Source: a virus
Taxonomy: Duplodnaviria > Caudoviricetes
Virus record (IMG/VR): IMGVR_UViG_3300026081_000341
Span: 1-45,986 of that record
Strand: one strand, 5' to 3'
DNA: 45,986 nucleotides
Below, piece after piece: positions 25,976 through 35,461 of this stretch. The position numbers and the translations under genes were made by a program. Every line of letters begins with the position of its first letter. Position 1 is the stretch's first letter. The notes beneath the pieces were generated by a model. The model was not told the DNA's origin. It saw only the letters and a list, made by a program, of their open reading frames with translations, and did no database searches.

Positions 25976-26297
25976 AGAAATAGTAACAGTACCAACTGTA
26001 ATAGACACACCTAAGATAGAAGCACCTGTCATACAGGTTGTTCCTCGACCCAATCCTGTTCAAATGAAAGATGCTGATATTGTAATTGTTACTGAAGCAA
26101 ATTTACAGGAAGTTATTGAGAAAATTAAAACTACTCAAGGAGAATTTGTACTTTATGCTATGACTGCACAAAGCTTTGAAGCACTTGCTCTTAATATGGA
26201 ACAGATAAAAAGATTTATTGAACAGCAAAATAATGTTATACTGTACTATGAAAAATCAGTTGCACCTAGTAAAATTATAGAAACAGACTTAGAATGA
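25902..26297 (+). CDS. Outer-membrane spanin lipoprotein (Rz1-like)
   Basis: Signal peptide with lipobox LVSA-C, Pro-rich linker, helical C-terminus; overlaps the i-spanin in another frame. Confidence 0.78.
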   Translation: MKKLISFLAISAALLVSACSQIPTKEIVTVPTVIDTPKIEAPVIQVVPRPNPVQMKDADIVIVTEANLQEVIEKIKTTQGEFVLYAMTAQSFEALALNMEQIKRFIEQQNNVILYYEKSVAPSKIIETDLE

Positions 26298-26584
26298 TGT
26301 GGGAAATGATTGAAAGAATGGCGACTGATCGCTTATGGATCTATACAGCAATTGCTGGATCTCTGTTTGGTGCTGCTTTCTTAGCGTGGTTTCAAGGAAC
26401 AAGAATAGGTCTGTGGGCTTATAGAATATTTGACAATAGTTTAAAATATCTTGTTGATAGATGGGGTTGGACTTGGTTTAAAACAGATGAAAATGCTTGG
26501 AGAAAAAAGTATCCACATGTTACAAAAAAGATTGATGATCTCGACAAAAGACTAAAAAAGTTAGAAACAAATCTATATAAATAG
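26294..26584 (+). CDS. Membrane protein (holin candidate)
   Basis: TM segment LWIYTAIAGSLFGAAFLAWF, basic C-terminus; next to the spanins. Confidence 0.55.
   Translation: MMWEMIERMATDRLWIYTAIAGSLFGAAFLAWFQGTRIGLWAYRIFDNSLKYLVDRWGWTWFKTDENAWRKKYPHVTKKIDDLDKRLKKLETNLYK
26576..26583 (+). promoter_or_regulatory. T4-type late promoter TATAAATA
   Basis: Exact consensus about 20 nt before ATG 26604. Confidence 0.75.
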
Positions 26585-26603
26585 ATAAAAACGAGGAGAT
26601 GAA

Positions 26604-27614
26604 ATGTCAAGATCACGAGAGATTGCAAAGGCGTTCGGAAAAACGGGTGTGCTAGCAAAAGCTTCAGCAGGTCAGTCTGTAGGTGGAACTGAAGCTATAA
26701 CTAACCTAGCATCTCTTGGAACAGGATCTGCTGGTGATCAAAAATTTGTCACAGCAAACAAATCTCTATACGTATATGACGGAACCGAATGGGATAGAAT
26801 TAACTCTGGTCCAGACGCAATGCCCGATATTACCACAACCGCCCCGGCTGAACACTCCTTAAACGCAAGTGGTAATGCCACTTCTTTTACAATTGCTGCT
26901 GATGATCCAGACGGATTTCCAATTACATACGCGTATGATACAAACCCAACAAATCAGCAACAGTGCACAATTGCTGAATCTAACGGAACTTTTACAATGA
27001 CGCCTAGTACATCAGAATCAAATGCTGGATCGTTTGTTTTGAGAACACACGCTACTGATGGTGTACACACGTCAACAAATAGCACTAATGTCACATTAGC
27101 GTTTGGACTTGCAAACTGTTATGGATTTAGAATAGCTCAAACAAGTTCAAGTTACGCTCATACGGTGTGGCATGCGACAATATTAGATGCTAGTGGGGCA
27201 ATAAACCAAGACGCGGCTTTCGCTACAGAAGCATCTATTACAGCTTCTAGTTGGGGTTATAGTGTTAGATCAGAAGTTACCGGTAGCGCATTATCAGGAT
27301 TTTTTGGAAAGTATTTGAAAGATGAAGCTTTGGCAACGTTTGATGTCGACTTAGGATCTACGTACTACAGTATGTTTGTTTCAAATTCGGGGAACAACGT
27401 CACCAGAGATATAATATGGACAACTCCTAGGACTATAACTGGTATAATTATTTCTGGAGATATGACTAATGGTTATGATTACTGGACTGGAGGATATGCT
27501 CAACCGTATATAGGAAGTAATACAAATTTAGATTCAACACAGTACACTTTTATAGGTCCGTCAAATAACGGTTTTACTGCTGCAGCTAGTAGTAAGTATT
27601 ACGACTTTAGGTAG
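26604..27614 (+). CDS. Modular fibre/adhesin paralogue
   Basis: MSRSREIA, QKFVTANKSLYVYDGTEWDRI, DDPDGFPITY, GSFVLRTHATDG. Confidence 0.7.
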   Translation: MSRSREIAKAFGKTGVLAKASAGQSVGGTEAITNLASLGTGSAGDQKFVTANKSLYVYDGTEWDRINSGPDAMPDITTTAPAEHSLNASGNATSFTIAADDPDGFPITYAYDTNPTNQQQCTIAESNGTFTMTPSTSESNAGSFVLRTHATDGVHTSTNSTNVTLAFGLANCYGFRIAQTSSSYAHTVWHATILDASGAINQDAAFATEASITASSWGYSVRSEVTGSALSGFFGKYLKDEALATFDVDLGSTYYSMFVSNSGNNVTRDIIWTTPRTITGIIISGDMTNGYDYWTGGYAQPYIGSNTNLDSTQYTFIGPSNNGFTAAASSKYYDFR

Positions 27615-27622
27615 GAGGAATA

Positions 27623-27976
27623 ATGGCACAAAAGAAATTACAAAAAGACTCACAATATGAACACTTAGATAGGGACGGTGATGGAACAATCACTGATGAT
27701 GAAATGGCTATGGAAGAGAGAATGATTAAGTTAGAAGACATGCGAAGTGACATGGAAAATGAAGACAAGAAGCAAGATGCTCAGAGAATGATGGCTTGGT
27801 TTGCTTTGTTCGGAATGTTACTATATCCTTTCGCAGTTGTGTTAGCAGTTTGGGGAGGTTTAGATCAAGCAGCTAAAATTTTAGGTGATATGGCAGCAAC
27901 ATATTTTGTATCTGTAGCAGCGATAGTAGCAGCATTCTATGCTGGTCAAGCGTTGACTAAGAAACCATCATCTTAA
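27623..27976 (+). CDS. Two-TM membrane protein with an N-terminal EF-hand-like loop
   Basis: DRDGDGTITDDE 12-residue loop followed by two hydrophobic helices; AGGAGG RBS. Confidence 0.65.
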   Translation: MAQKKLQKDSQYEHLDRDGDGTITDDEMAMEERMIKLEDMRSDMENEDKKQDAQRMMAWFALFGMLLYPFAVVLAVWGGLDQAAKILGDMAATYFVSVAAIVAAFYAGQALTKKPSS

Positions 27977-27977
27977 T

Positions 27978-28205
27978 ATGCCTATAAGCCGTTCATTTGA
28001 ATTTGCGAAGTCTCTACAAACAGATGGAACTTTAGAAGCAGGACTGTTTGAAAATCTTCAGACAGATAATAGTCTAACAGTAGCAAGTACTTCAGATCTT
28101 CCTTTAACTGGAAATCATACTGGAAGAATGGCACTAATAACATCGCTGAATAAATTTTTAATATGGAATGGTACCGGTTGGTATCAAGTTTCAACTGTAA
28201 CTTAA
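27978..28205 (+). CDS. Mini-paralogue consisting only of the fibre anchor module
   Basis: SRSFEFA...DLPLTGNHTGRMALI...FLIWNGTGWY, then stop. Confidence 0.65.
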   Translation: MPISRSFEFAKSLQTDGTLEAGLFENLQTDNSLTVASTSDLPLTGNHTGRMALITSLNKFLIWNGTGWYQVSTVT

Positions 28206-28214
28206 GGACATAAC

Positions 28215-31200
28215 ATGGCGACAACAAGATCTTTTGATTTAGCGACTATGGTTAGTTCAAACGGAAAGATTCAAGGATCTTCAGTTGCAGGAGGCTCAGC
28301 TGCAGATGCAACTGCTAATATTCATGCTGATCCTTCAGCTCTTCCGACAAGTGGTAATCAAACTGGTGATATGGCCTTTGTCCAAAGTACAAATAACGTT
28401 ATGATATGGGACGGAAGTTCTTGGAAAACTATAGCCAATGTAACTAATACAACACCAAATATTGCAGGTGGAAGTGCTCTTACTTCTTACATACTGGCGA
28501 AAGACGGAACACCTACAGTAGTAACAATTAATGCAACTGACCCAGAAGGATCACCATTAACGTATGCATACTCTGTAACACAAGGTTCATTAGGAAATAC
28601 TGCTACTGTATCTCAATCAAATAACGTGTTTACTATCACACCATCAACTAATCCAAACGATGTAGGTAGCTTTAGTTTAACTTTTACAGCCTCTGACGGA
28701 GTTAATACAACACCTGCAGTAAGTAGGTTTACACTTACTTTTGTTTTAAATGTTTCTGGTAGTCAGCATACAGAAAAACTAATTCAAGCAGTATCAACTG
28801 GTAATAATAGAACTTTAGTTGATAGTTCATCATCAAATCATACAATGACGAGAGTAGGAAATCCTAATCCTTCTCCAGTTACGCCTTACAGACCGAGTGG
28901 TGGATACAGCGCTAACTTTATCGGTGACCGTTGTTTAGAACCAGTGACTGCTGATACACATTTGAGTTGGGGAACAGGCGACTTTTGTATAGAGTTTTGG
29001 ATATGTGGACAGGAAGACAATAAAGAACTAACTCAACCAACTAGTCTAATATTTAGAACTGGTAATGCAGTATCTGAACACAATCTCTTAAGCATAGGCC
29101 TGACCAATGAAGGTAGAATAATTGTTTATGGATATGACGGTTCTGGAACAAGTGCTGAGGTTACCAGCAATTGTGATGTGTTAGATAATAATTGGCATCA
29201 CGTAGCAGTCACTAGATATGCAGGAAATCTTAAAATCTATTTTGATGGATTAGCGGATAAAGATAGTACAGCCTTCGCTAATATTGGAATTCCAAGTTCA
29301 ACAGCAACAAAGTGGCAGATGGGTGGAGCTGATAATGCAGCAGCTAATGTAAATAAATGGGACGGTTGGCTTTCAAACTTTAGAGTCGTAAGTGGATCAG
29401 CAGTTTATAGTAATGAGTTCTTACCCACAATAAACAACTTAACAAGTATCTCTGGAACTAAGTTATTATTATTTGTTGGAAATGAATTAAAAGACTATTC
29501 ATCAGTTCATGGTGATCTGCAAGCTGTTAGTGGAAAAACACTCCCTGAAATGACATCTTTTTGTTTCTTGCCAACAGAAGAATATGCACCTTCTCTTCAT
29601 AACGGTTCGGTATATTTTCATGATCACACTGCAACATCTAATCCTTGTCACGTAACAGTACCAGCAAGTAACGATTTTCATCTTACTGGTGAATTTACGA
29701 TAGAAGCTTGGGTCTATATAAGAAGTGATGGACAATCATATATAGACAACAAGTGGACAGCTCTTCACCACGCTGGAGACTCTGACAATAAATTTGTTTT
29801 TGGTAGTGATGGTACAAGATTCGCTTTTGGTTATCACGCAGGAAACACCGGTGGTGGCATCGCAGGATTTTGGGACGGTACAAAAGACGCAAATCAATGG
29901 GTGCACATTGCTGTAAGTAGAAATAGTTCGAATCTTATCAGAGTCTTTAAGCGAGGTATATTAAAAGGAACTTGGACAGACGCTTCTGCTTTTGGATCTG
30001 CCTCTGGAACAGTTTATCTAGGTTGTAAGTATGGAGCTGGAGATGCAGACATCAGAGGTGGACACATATCTGATCTTAGGATTACAAAAACGTGTGATAG
30101 AGACGTTAGCTTTAGTCCTCCCATAGTAAAAACTAGTTCAACCGGAACTACGTTTCATTACAGAGGAGGTGTAGAACTTAATATTATTGACAAAGGTAAT
30201 AAGGCTATAAAAGATGGTTGTAAAGTCTTAGGAAACGTTACTGCTGCTACAGATACAACCGATCCTTGGGGTGGAAATGAACCAATGTTAAAGTTTCCTG
30301 GAGGTGTGAACGATAGAATAGAAACAAGTCCTGTTTACTTCAAAGGAGAAAATACAACTTGGTCGAGGTATGATCATACTGTTGATTTTTGGATGAAAGA
30401 TACTGCATCTGGTGGATCTCCTTTATTCTCATTAGTAAGCGGAGGTCAGACAGGCTCTCCTGACTTAGGTTGGAAGACAAAAGTAGAGAATGGAAATCTC
30501 TATATAATGTTTAACAATACTGAGTATCAAACCGGATATAATAATCAATTATGGATTCAGTTAATGAGTCCAACCAATGCACCGGTTGTTAATACCTTGT
30601 TAAATGATGGAAACTGGCATCACGTATGTTTACATTTCTTTGGTCTATATCGAGTTGAATGTTTCATTGATGGAAAAGAAAGAGGAAGGTATCAGAGATC
30701 TGATAATACTGCTTATCCTGAAGGTGGATATACTGTCTCAATAGGAGGCCAAGGTTTTGGTGACTATGATAATACGAGTACTTATGCTGCTGGATCTAAC
30801 GGTACTGCTTACTATCCACTCACTGGATATATGACAGACATTAGAGTTACTTCTGGTAGACTAAGGTGTGGAGAAGGTCATGATATATTCTCAGAGTTAC
30901 AGTTAGTTGATGCTTCAACTGGAGCAGTTAATCAATCTGGAACTACTACTGATCCAATTGTAACTCAAGTTCTGACGTGTCAGAGAGGAAATCTTCTAAC
31001 TTCTCCAGATAACTCTTCGACAGACTTGAGTTACACCGACGTAAAAGGAACTCTAGGTTTACATGTTGGAGATCCTTTCTGGTTAACTAGATCAGAAAAT
31101 GAACACAGAGGTAACGCTAGTGTTAACTTCGAAGGAACAGCACTTGCTTCTAACCAACGTGACGCAATAAACATAAGTTATCTTGCAGGATCTGGAGACT

Positions 31201-31850
31201 ATGAGTGGACAGCAGAAATGTGGTACAGAAGACGACACTGGCAACACTACAATAATTCAGATCAGCCTCAACACCTCTTGGCTGGCAACGGTTGGGCACT
31301 CAGTGATTGGTGTAACTTCAACTTAAGAATTAACTCACAGGATGATGGTTACATAGAATACGAACAAAGAAAATGGCCGCAAGTAGGAAATACGACATAT
31401 TATCCGTTAAAGTGTGGAACTCTAGGAAATAGAGAAGGTACTATATCAGGTGACGATACATCAGTTCCATACTCTGTCGCTATAAGGACTGGTAGGTGGT
31501 ATCACATTGTTGTGCAACAAAGAGGCTATGAAGGTGATCAAGTAGAACACCCTCAAGGTTACAACGGTCACATGGAAATCTTTATTAATGGTAGATTTAT
31601 AAATGGAAGTAGTGGAACGATAGGTCCTCACTATCAGTCTCCACATATTAAGTATGCATCTACTGGTGGTACTAAAGGTACTTATAATCAATTACCGCAA
31701 AGTGGTAACGGATACCATTTTACTCTAGGTGGATCGGGTTATAACACCTATTATGGAATGGACGGACAAATATCTAATTTTCGATTCGTTTTAGGAAAGG
31801 CTATTTATAGTAGAGAACAGACTCCACCTACTTCAAAAGTGAAATTATAA
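28215..31850 (+). CDS. Large modular fibre/adhesin with four LamG/concanavalin-A-like domains
   Basis: Anchor plus ATDPEGSPLTY module; NNWHHVAVTR, NQWVHIAVSR, GNWHHVCL, GRWYHIVV; terminal ISNFRFVLGKAIYS. Confidence 0.8.
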   Translation: MATTRSFDLATMVSSNGKIQGSSVAGGSAADATANIHADPSALPTSGNQTGDMAFVQSTNNVMIWDGSSWKTIANVTNTTPNIAGGSALTSYILAKDGTPTVVTINATDPEGSPLTYAYSVTQGSLGNTATVSQSNNVFTITPSTNPNDVGSFSLTFTASDGVNTTPAVSRFTLTFVLNVSGSQHTEKLIQAVSTGNNRTLVDSSSSNHTMTRVGNPNPSPVTPYRPSGGYSANFIGDRCLEPVTADTHLSWGTGDFCIEFWICGQEDNKELTQPTSLIFRTGNAVSEHNLLSIGLTNEGRIIVYGYDGSGTSAEVTSNCDVLDNNWHHVAVTRYAGNLKIYFDGLADKDSTAFANIGIPSSTATKWQMGGADNAAANVNKWDGWLSNFRVVSGSAVYSNEFLPTINNLTSISGTKLLLFVGNELKDYSSVHGDLQAVSGKTLPEMTSFCFLPTEEYAPSLHNGSVYFHDHTATSNPCHVTVPASNDFHLTGEFTIEAWVYIRSDGQSYIDNKWTALHHAGDSDNKFVFGSDGTRFAFGYHAGNTGGGIAGFWDGTKDANQWVHIAVSRNSSNLIRVFKRGILKGTWTDASAFGSASGTVYLGCKYGAGDADIRGGHISDLRITKTCDRDVSFSPPIVKTSSTGTTFHYRGGVELNIIDKGNKAIKDGCKVLGNVTAATDTTDPWGGNEPMLKFPGGVNDRIETSPVYFKGENTTWSRYDHTVDFWMKDTASGGSPLFSLVSGGQTGSPDLGWKTKVENGNLYIMFNNTEYQTGYNNQLWIQLMSPTNAPVVNTLLNDGNWHHVCLHFFGLYRVECFIDGKERGRYQRSDNTAYPEGGYTVSIGGQGFGDYDNTSTYAAGSNGTAYYPLTGYMTDIRVTSGRLRCGEGHDIFSELQLVDASTGAVNQSGTTTDPIVTQVLTCQRGNLLTSPDNSSTDLSYTDVKGTLGLHVGDPFWLTRSENEHRGNASVNFEGTALASNQRDAINISYLAGSGDYEWTAEMWYRRRHWQHYNNSDQPQHLLAGNGWALSDWCNFNLRINSQDDGYIEYEQRKWPQVGNTTYYPLKCGTLGNREGTISGDDTSVPYSVAIRTGRWYHIVVQQRGYEGDQVEHPQGYNGHMEIFINGRFINGSSGTIGPHYQSPHIKYASTGGTKGTYNQLPQSGNGYHFTLGGSGYNTYYGMDGQISNFRFVLGKAIYSREQTPPTSKVKL

Positions 31851-31886
31851 ATTATAATTTTTTTGCTAAAACCTTACTTTTTGGGG

Positions 31887-31915
31887 TTTACAAACTTCGC
31901 AAAATAATATATAAT
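31887..31915 (+). promoter_or_regulatory. Early/middle sigma70-like promoter for nrdJ
   Basis: GTTTACA-17-TATAAT. Confidence 0.7.
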
Positions 31916-31961
31916 AGTACAAGATAAAAAGTTTAATCAAATAAAAGAAGAGGACCCTGCG

Positions 31962-34178
31962 ATGCAAACACAGTTTGTTGACACCAGACAGCTTTTGTCC
32001 GAAGCAAAATTTTATGATGGTTACTCTAGGTTTAATGATGATAATGATAGATATGAAACCTGGGACGAAGCCGTGGACCGTGTTATGGAAATGCACGAAA
32101 AATTCTATTCCACAAAAATGAATAAAATAACAGAATATGTAGAAGAAGCCAGAGAGGCATACAAAAATCAATACGTACTAGGAGCTCAAAGAGCATTACA
32201 GTTTGGTGGTGAACAAATACTAAAGCATCAGATGAGGATGTACAACTGTACATCTTCTTATGCAGATAGGCCTGAATTTTTTGGAGAAGTCTTTTATATT
32301 CTTCTTTGTGGTGCAGGCGCTGGCTTTTCGGTACAGAAGCATCACGTTAAAAAATTACCTAAGATTCAAGAAAGAAAGAAACAAGCTAAAGGTTGGATCG
32401 TAGAAGATTCAATTGAAGGGTGGGCGACTGCTGTGGACGTTCTTCTTTCATCTTATTTTATAGGTGGTGGTAAATATCCTGAATATGAAGGTAGAAGAGT
32501 ATACTTTGATACTTCTCAGATCAGGCCAAAAGGATCAAAGATTTCTGGAGGATTTAAGGCACCAGGACCAGATGGGTTGAGATTAGCTTTAGATAAGATA
32601 GAACACATGTTACAGGCTGTGGTCATGAATCAAAAGGGATCTATATCACTTAAACCTATTCAAGTATATGATATTGTTATGTATACTGCTGATGCAGTGT
32701 TAAGTGGTGGTGTTCGTAGATCAGCAACAATATGTTTGTTTTCTCCAGATGATGATGAGATGATGAATGCAAAAACAGGTAACTGGTTTATGGATAACCC
32801 TCAAAGAGGTAGGTCTAACAACTCTGCAGTTATTGTAAGAAACGAAACGTCTCCAGAACAGTTTAATAAACTTATGCAAAGTGTGAGAGAGTTTGGTGAG
32901 CCTGGTTTTGTTTTTGTAAATTCAAAAGAACATACTACTAATCCTTGCGTTGAGATCGGAATGTTTCCACAGATCAAAGGAAAATCTGGCTGGCAAGGAT
33001 GCAACTTAACAGAAATAAACGGCGGTAAGTGCACGTCAAAAGAAGAGTTTTTTAAAGCGTGTCGTGCAGCATCTATTTTAGGAACTTTACAAGCTGGATA
33101 TACAGATTTTAAATTTCTTGGTGATACAAGTAAAAAGATCTTTGACAGAGAAGCACTGATTGGTGCATCTATTACAGGTTGGATGAACAACCCTGATGTA
33201 TTATTTGATCCTGAAGTATTAGAAGAAGGAGCAAAAATTGTTAAAGAAGTTAATAGAGAAGTCGCTGAAGCTATTGGAATCAATCCTGCGGCCAGAACCA
33301 CGTGCGTGAAACCTTCGGGAAATGCCTCAGTTCTACTTCAAACTGGTTCTGGAATACATGCTGAACATTCGCAAATGTATATTCGAAATGTACAGATGAC
33401 AAAAGATTCAGAAGTTACCCAAGCTATTCAAAAATCAAATCCTTTTATGGTTGAAGACTCAGTATGGTCTGCCACTGGATCTGATGTAGTTGTTTCGTTT
33501 CCAATTCTTCCAAAGAAAGGTTCAATATTTAAAGATGCACTCCTAGGAGTATCTCATCTTGAAAAAGTAAAACTGGCACAAAAACATTGGGTAGAAGCTG
33601 GTACTAATATTGATCTATGTGCAGATGAAGGAGTTAGACACAACGTATCAAATACTATTATTGTAGATGATTGGGATCAAGTAGAAAAATATGTGTTTGA
33701 AAATAGAAACTCTTTTGCTGGTATTTCTTTTCTTCCAATGACAGGAGATAAAGACTACAATCAAGCTCCTAACACAGCTGTTATTTCTGCAAAAGAAATG
33801 GTAAAAAAATATGATACTGCCGCAATATTTGCATCTGGTCTTGTCGTAGATGCACTCTCAGCATTTCCTAATCTCTGGCAGGCATGCGCTACCGCTCAAG
33901 GAATGGGAGAGGATATTACGCTTGAAACTTCAGATAATGCAATAAAGAAAGATTGGGTGAGAAGATTTCAAAACTTTGCGGATAACTATCTAAAAGGAGA
34001 TTTAAAGACAGCAGAACACTGCTTAAAGGATTCTTATCTTTTACACAAATGGAATAAAATAAACAAAAACTTTAAAACAATAGAATGGAAAGAGGATTTA
34101 ACAGAAAAGCGTTACACTGACGCAGACACCATTGCTTCTGAAGCATGTGTCGGCGGAGCGTGCGAGATAGACTTCTAG
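31962..34178 (+). CDS. nrdJ: Class II (adenosylcobalamin-dependent, monomeric RTPR-like) ribonucleotide reductase
   Basis: YNC, LLCGAGAGFSV, GGVRRSA, RSNNS, GEPG, TNPCVEI, CNLTEIN, TCVKPSGN, C-terminal CVGGAC; no adjacent beta subunit. Confidence 0.85.
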   Translation: MQTQFVDTRQLLSEAKFYDGYSRFNDDNDRYETWDEAVDRVMEMHEKFYSTKMNKITEYVEEAREAYKNQYVLGAQRALQFGGEQILKHQMRMYNCTSSYADRPEFFGEVFYILLCGAGAGFSVQKHHVKKLPKIQERKKQAKGWIVEDSIEGWATAVDVLLSSYFIGGGKYPEYEGRRVYFDTSQIRPKGSKISGGFKAPGPDGLRLALDKIEHMLQAVVMNQKGSISLKPIQVYDIVMYTADAVLSGGVRRSATICLFSPDDDEMMNAKTGNWFMDNPQRGRSNNSAVIVRNETSPEQFNKLMQSVREFGEPGFVFVNSKEHTTNPCVEIGMFPQIKGKSGWQGCNLTEINGGKCTSKEEFFKACRAASILGTLQAGYTDFKFLGDTSKKIFDREALIGASITGWMNNPDVLFDPEVLEEGAKIVKEVNREVAEAIGINPAARTTCVKPSGNASVLLQTGSGIHAEHSQMYIRNVQMTKDSEVTQAIQKSNPFMVEDSVWSATGSDVVVSFPILPKKGSIFKDALLGVSHLEKVKLAQKHWVEAGTNIDLCADEGVRHNVSNTIIVDDWDQVEKYVFENRNSFAGISFLPMTGDKDYNQAPNTAVISAKEMVKKYDTAAIFASGLVVDALSAFPNLWQACATAQGMGEDITLETSDNAIKKDWVRRFQNFADNYLKGDLKTAEHCLKDSYLLHKWNKINKNFKTIEWKEDLTEKRYTDADTIASEACVGGACEIDF

Positions 34179-34179
34179 T

Positions 34180-34323
34180 GTGAAGTATTATTATTTTGAA
34201 TGTACATTCTGTGATGGCGAATCTCAGGTGTCCTCTGATATTGAACCTCAGTTTTGTCCCTTGTGTGGAAACGATTGTAATGCTCAATTAGTTGAGTATG
34301 ATGACGAAGATGAAGAAGATTAA
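34180..34323 (+). CDS. Small zinc-ribbon protein (47 aa, not in ORF track)
   Basis: GTG start; MKYYYFECTFCDGESQVSSDIEPQFCPLCGNDCNAQLVEYDDEDEED. Confidence 0.7.
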   Translation: MKYYYFECTFCDGESQVSSDIEPQFCPLCGNDCNAQLVEYDDEDEED

Positions 34324-34334
34324 TATATAATAAC

Positions 34335-34745
34335 ATGTGGTTTTATGAAGATAAAATATTCGATCCAGTCGAGTACTCTTATGAGAACTTGGCTGGTTTT
34401 GTTTATTTAATAACAGATTTAAATAACAATAAGAAATATGTCGGAAAAAAGAACTTTTGGAAAATACATAAGCTAAGACCATTAAAGGGTAAAGTTAACA
34501 AAAGACATTCCAAAAAAGATTCAGACTGGCAAACCTACTATGGATCAAATGAAAAGGTGAAACTTTTAGTTGAGGCAGAAGGAGAAAAGAGATTTAAAAG
34601 AGAGATAATAAAGCTCTGTAAGACTAAAGGTGAAATGTCATACTATGAAATGAAAGAGCAAATTGATAGAGAAGTTCTGTTTAAAGAAGACTATTACAAT
34701 GAGTTCATAGGTGGTAAGATTCACTCTAAACATTTGAAGGGATAA
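34335..34745 (+). CDS. GIY-YIG-like nuclease domain protein
   Basis: GFVYLITDLNNNKKYVGKK, YYGS, E...YYN. Confidence 0.7.
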   Translation: MWFYEDKIFDPVEYSYENLAGFVYLITDLNNNKKYVGKKNFWKIHKLRPLKGKVNKRHSKKDSDWQTYYGSNEKVKLLVEAEGEKRFKREIIKLCKTKGEMSYYEMKEQIDREVLFKEDYYNEFIGGKIHSKHLKG

Positions 34746-34748
34746 GAA

Positions 34749-35147
34749 ATGCATACTTATAGATGTAAGGTAATAAAGGTTGTCGATGGAGACACGATCG
34801 ACGTAGATATAGATCTTGGTTTCGGTATATGGCTAAGAAACGAAAGAGTTAGACTGTATGGCATAGATACTCCAGAGTCTAGAACTCGAGATGAAGAAGA
34901 AAAGAAATACGGTAAAGCCGCCGCAGCTTATTTAGAAAAGTGGGTAAAATCTGGTGGAGTAACTATCAGAACTCACAAAGATGAAAAAGGAAAGTTTGGC
35001 AGAATACTAGGAGAAGTCTGGTGTTTTGAAACTAACGTAAATGCAAAGATGATTGAAGAAGGACATGCTGTTGAGTATCATGGACAGTCGAAAGAAGAAA
35101 TAAGTGAACAACATATAGAAAATAGAAAGAGAGTAAAATTAGAATGA
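34749..35147 (+). CDS. Thermonuclease (SNase-like)
   Basis: VVDGDT, RVRLYGIDTPE, KFGRILG, NAKMIEEGHA. Confidence 0.88.
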   Translation: MHTYRCKVIKVVDGDTIDVDIDLGFGIWLRNERVRLYGIDTPESRTRDEEEKKYGKAAAAYLEKWVKSGGVTIRTHKDEKGKFGRILGEVWCFETNVNAKMIEEGHAVEYHGQSKEEISEQHIENRKRVKLE

Positions 35148-35392
35148 AATGGTTTTTAGTTGTAATATTTGCAGGAATAACACCTGATGGTTATCAAGAC
35201 GTATACATTTTTCATAAGCCAAACTACACTAGCTTAGAGCAGTGTGTAGAAGCAGCAAATGATCCGAGTCAAATTCAAGTGTTTACTCAAAAGTTAGTTA
35301 TGGAATATCAGAGCATGAAACCTATTCAAAGGGTTGTATGTTCTCCAGAAGATAGTTTAAGAAAAGTAGTAAATGGAGAGGAAAAAGCGTAA
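35144..35392 (+). CDS. Hypothetical exported/membrane protein
   Basis: MKWFLVVIF N-terminus, two Cys. Confidence 0.6.
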   Translation: MKWFLVVIFAGITPDGYQDVYIFHKPNYTSLEQCVEAANDPSQIQVFTQKLVMEYQSMKPIQRVVCSPEDSLRKVVNGEEKA

Positions 35393-35397
35393 TTAAT

Positions 35398-35428
35398 GGT
35401 GTACAATTATATCGAACTATGGTATAAT
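35398..35428 (+). promoter_or_regulatory. T4-type early promoter
   Basis: GGTGTACA-17-TATAAT with TGG extension. Confidence 0.8.
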
Positions 35429-35461
35429 AAATTATTGAATAATGATGGAAGGTGGTAGTAC

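Noticed and set aside
31962-34745. Intron or intein in nrdJ linked to the nearby GIY-YIG ORF
   Set aside because: nrdJ is one uninterrupted ORF of ordinary length with no intein motifs; the GIY-YIG-like ORF is short and free-standing.
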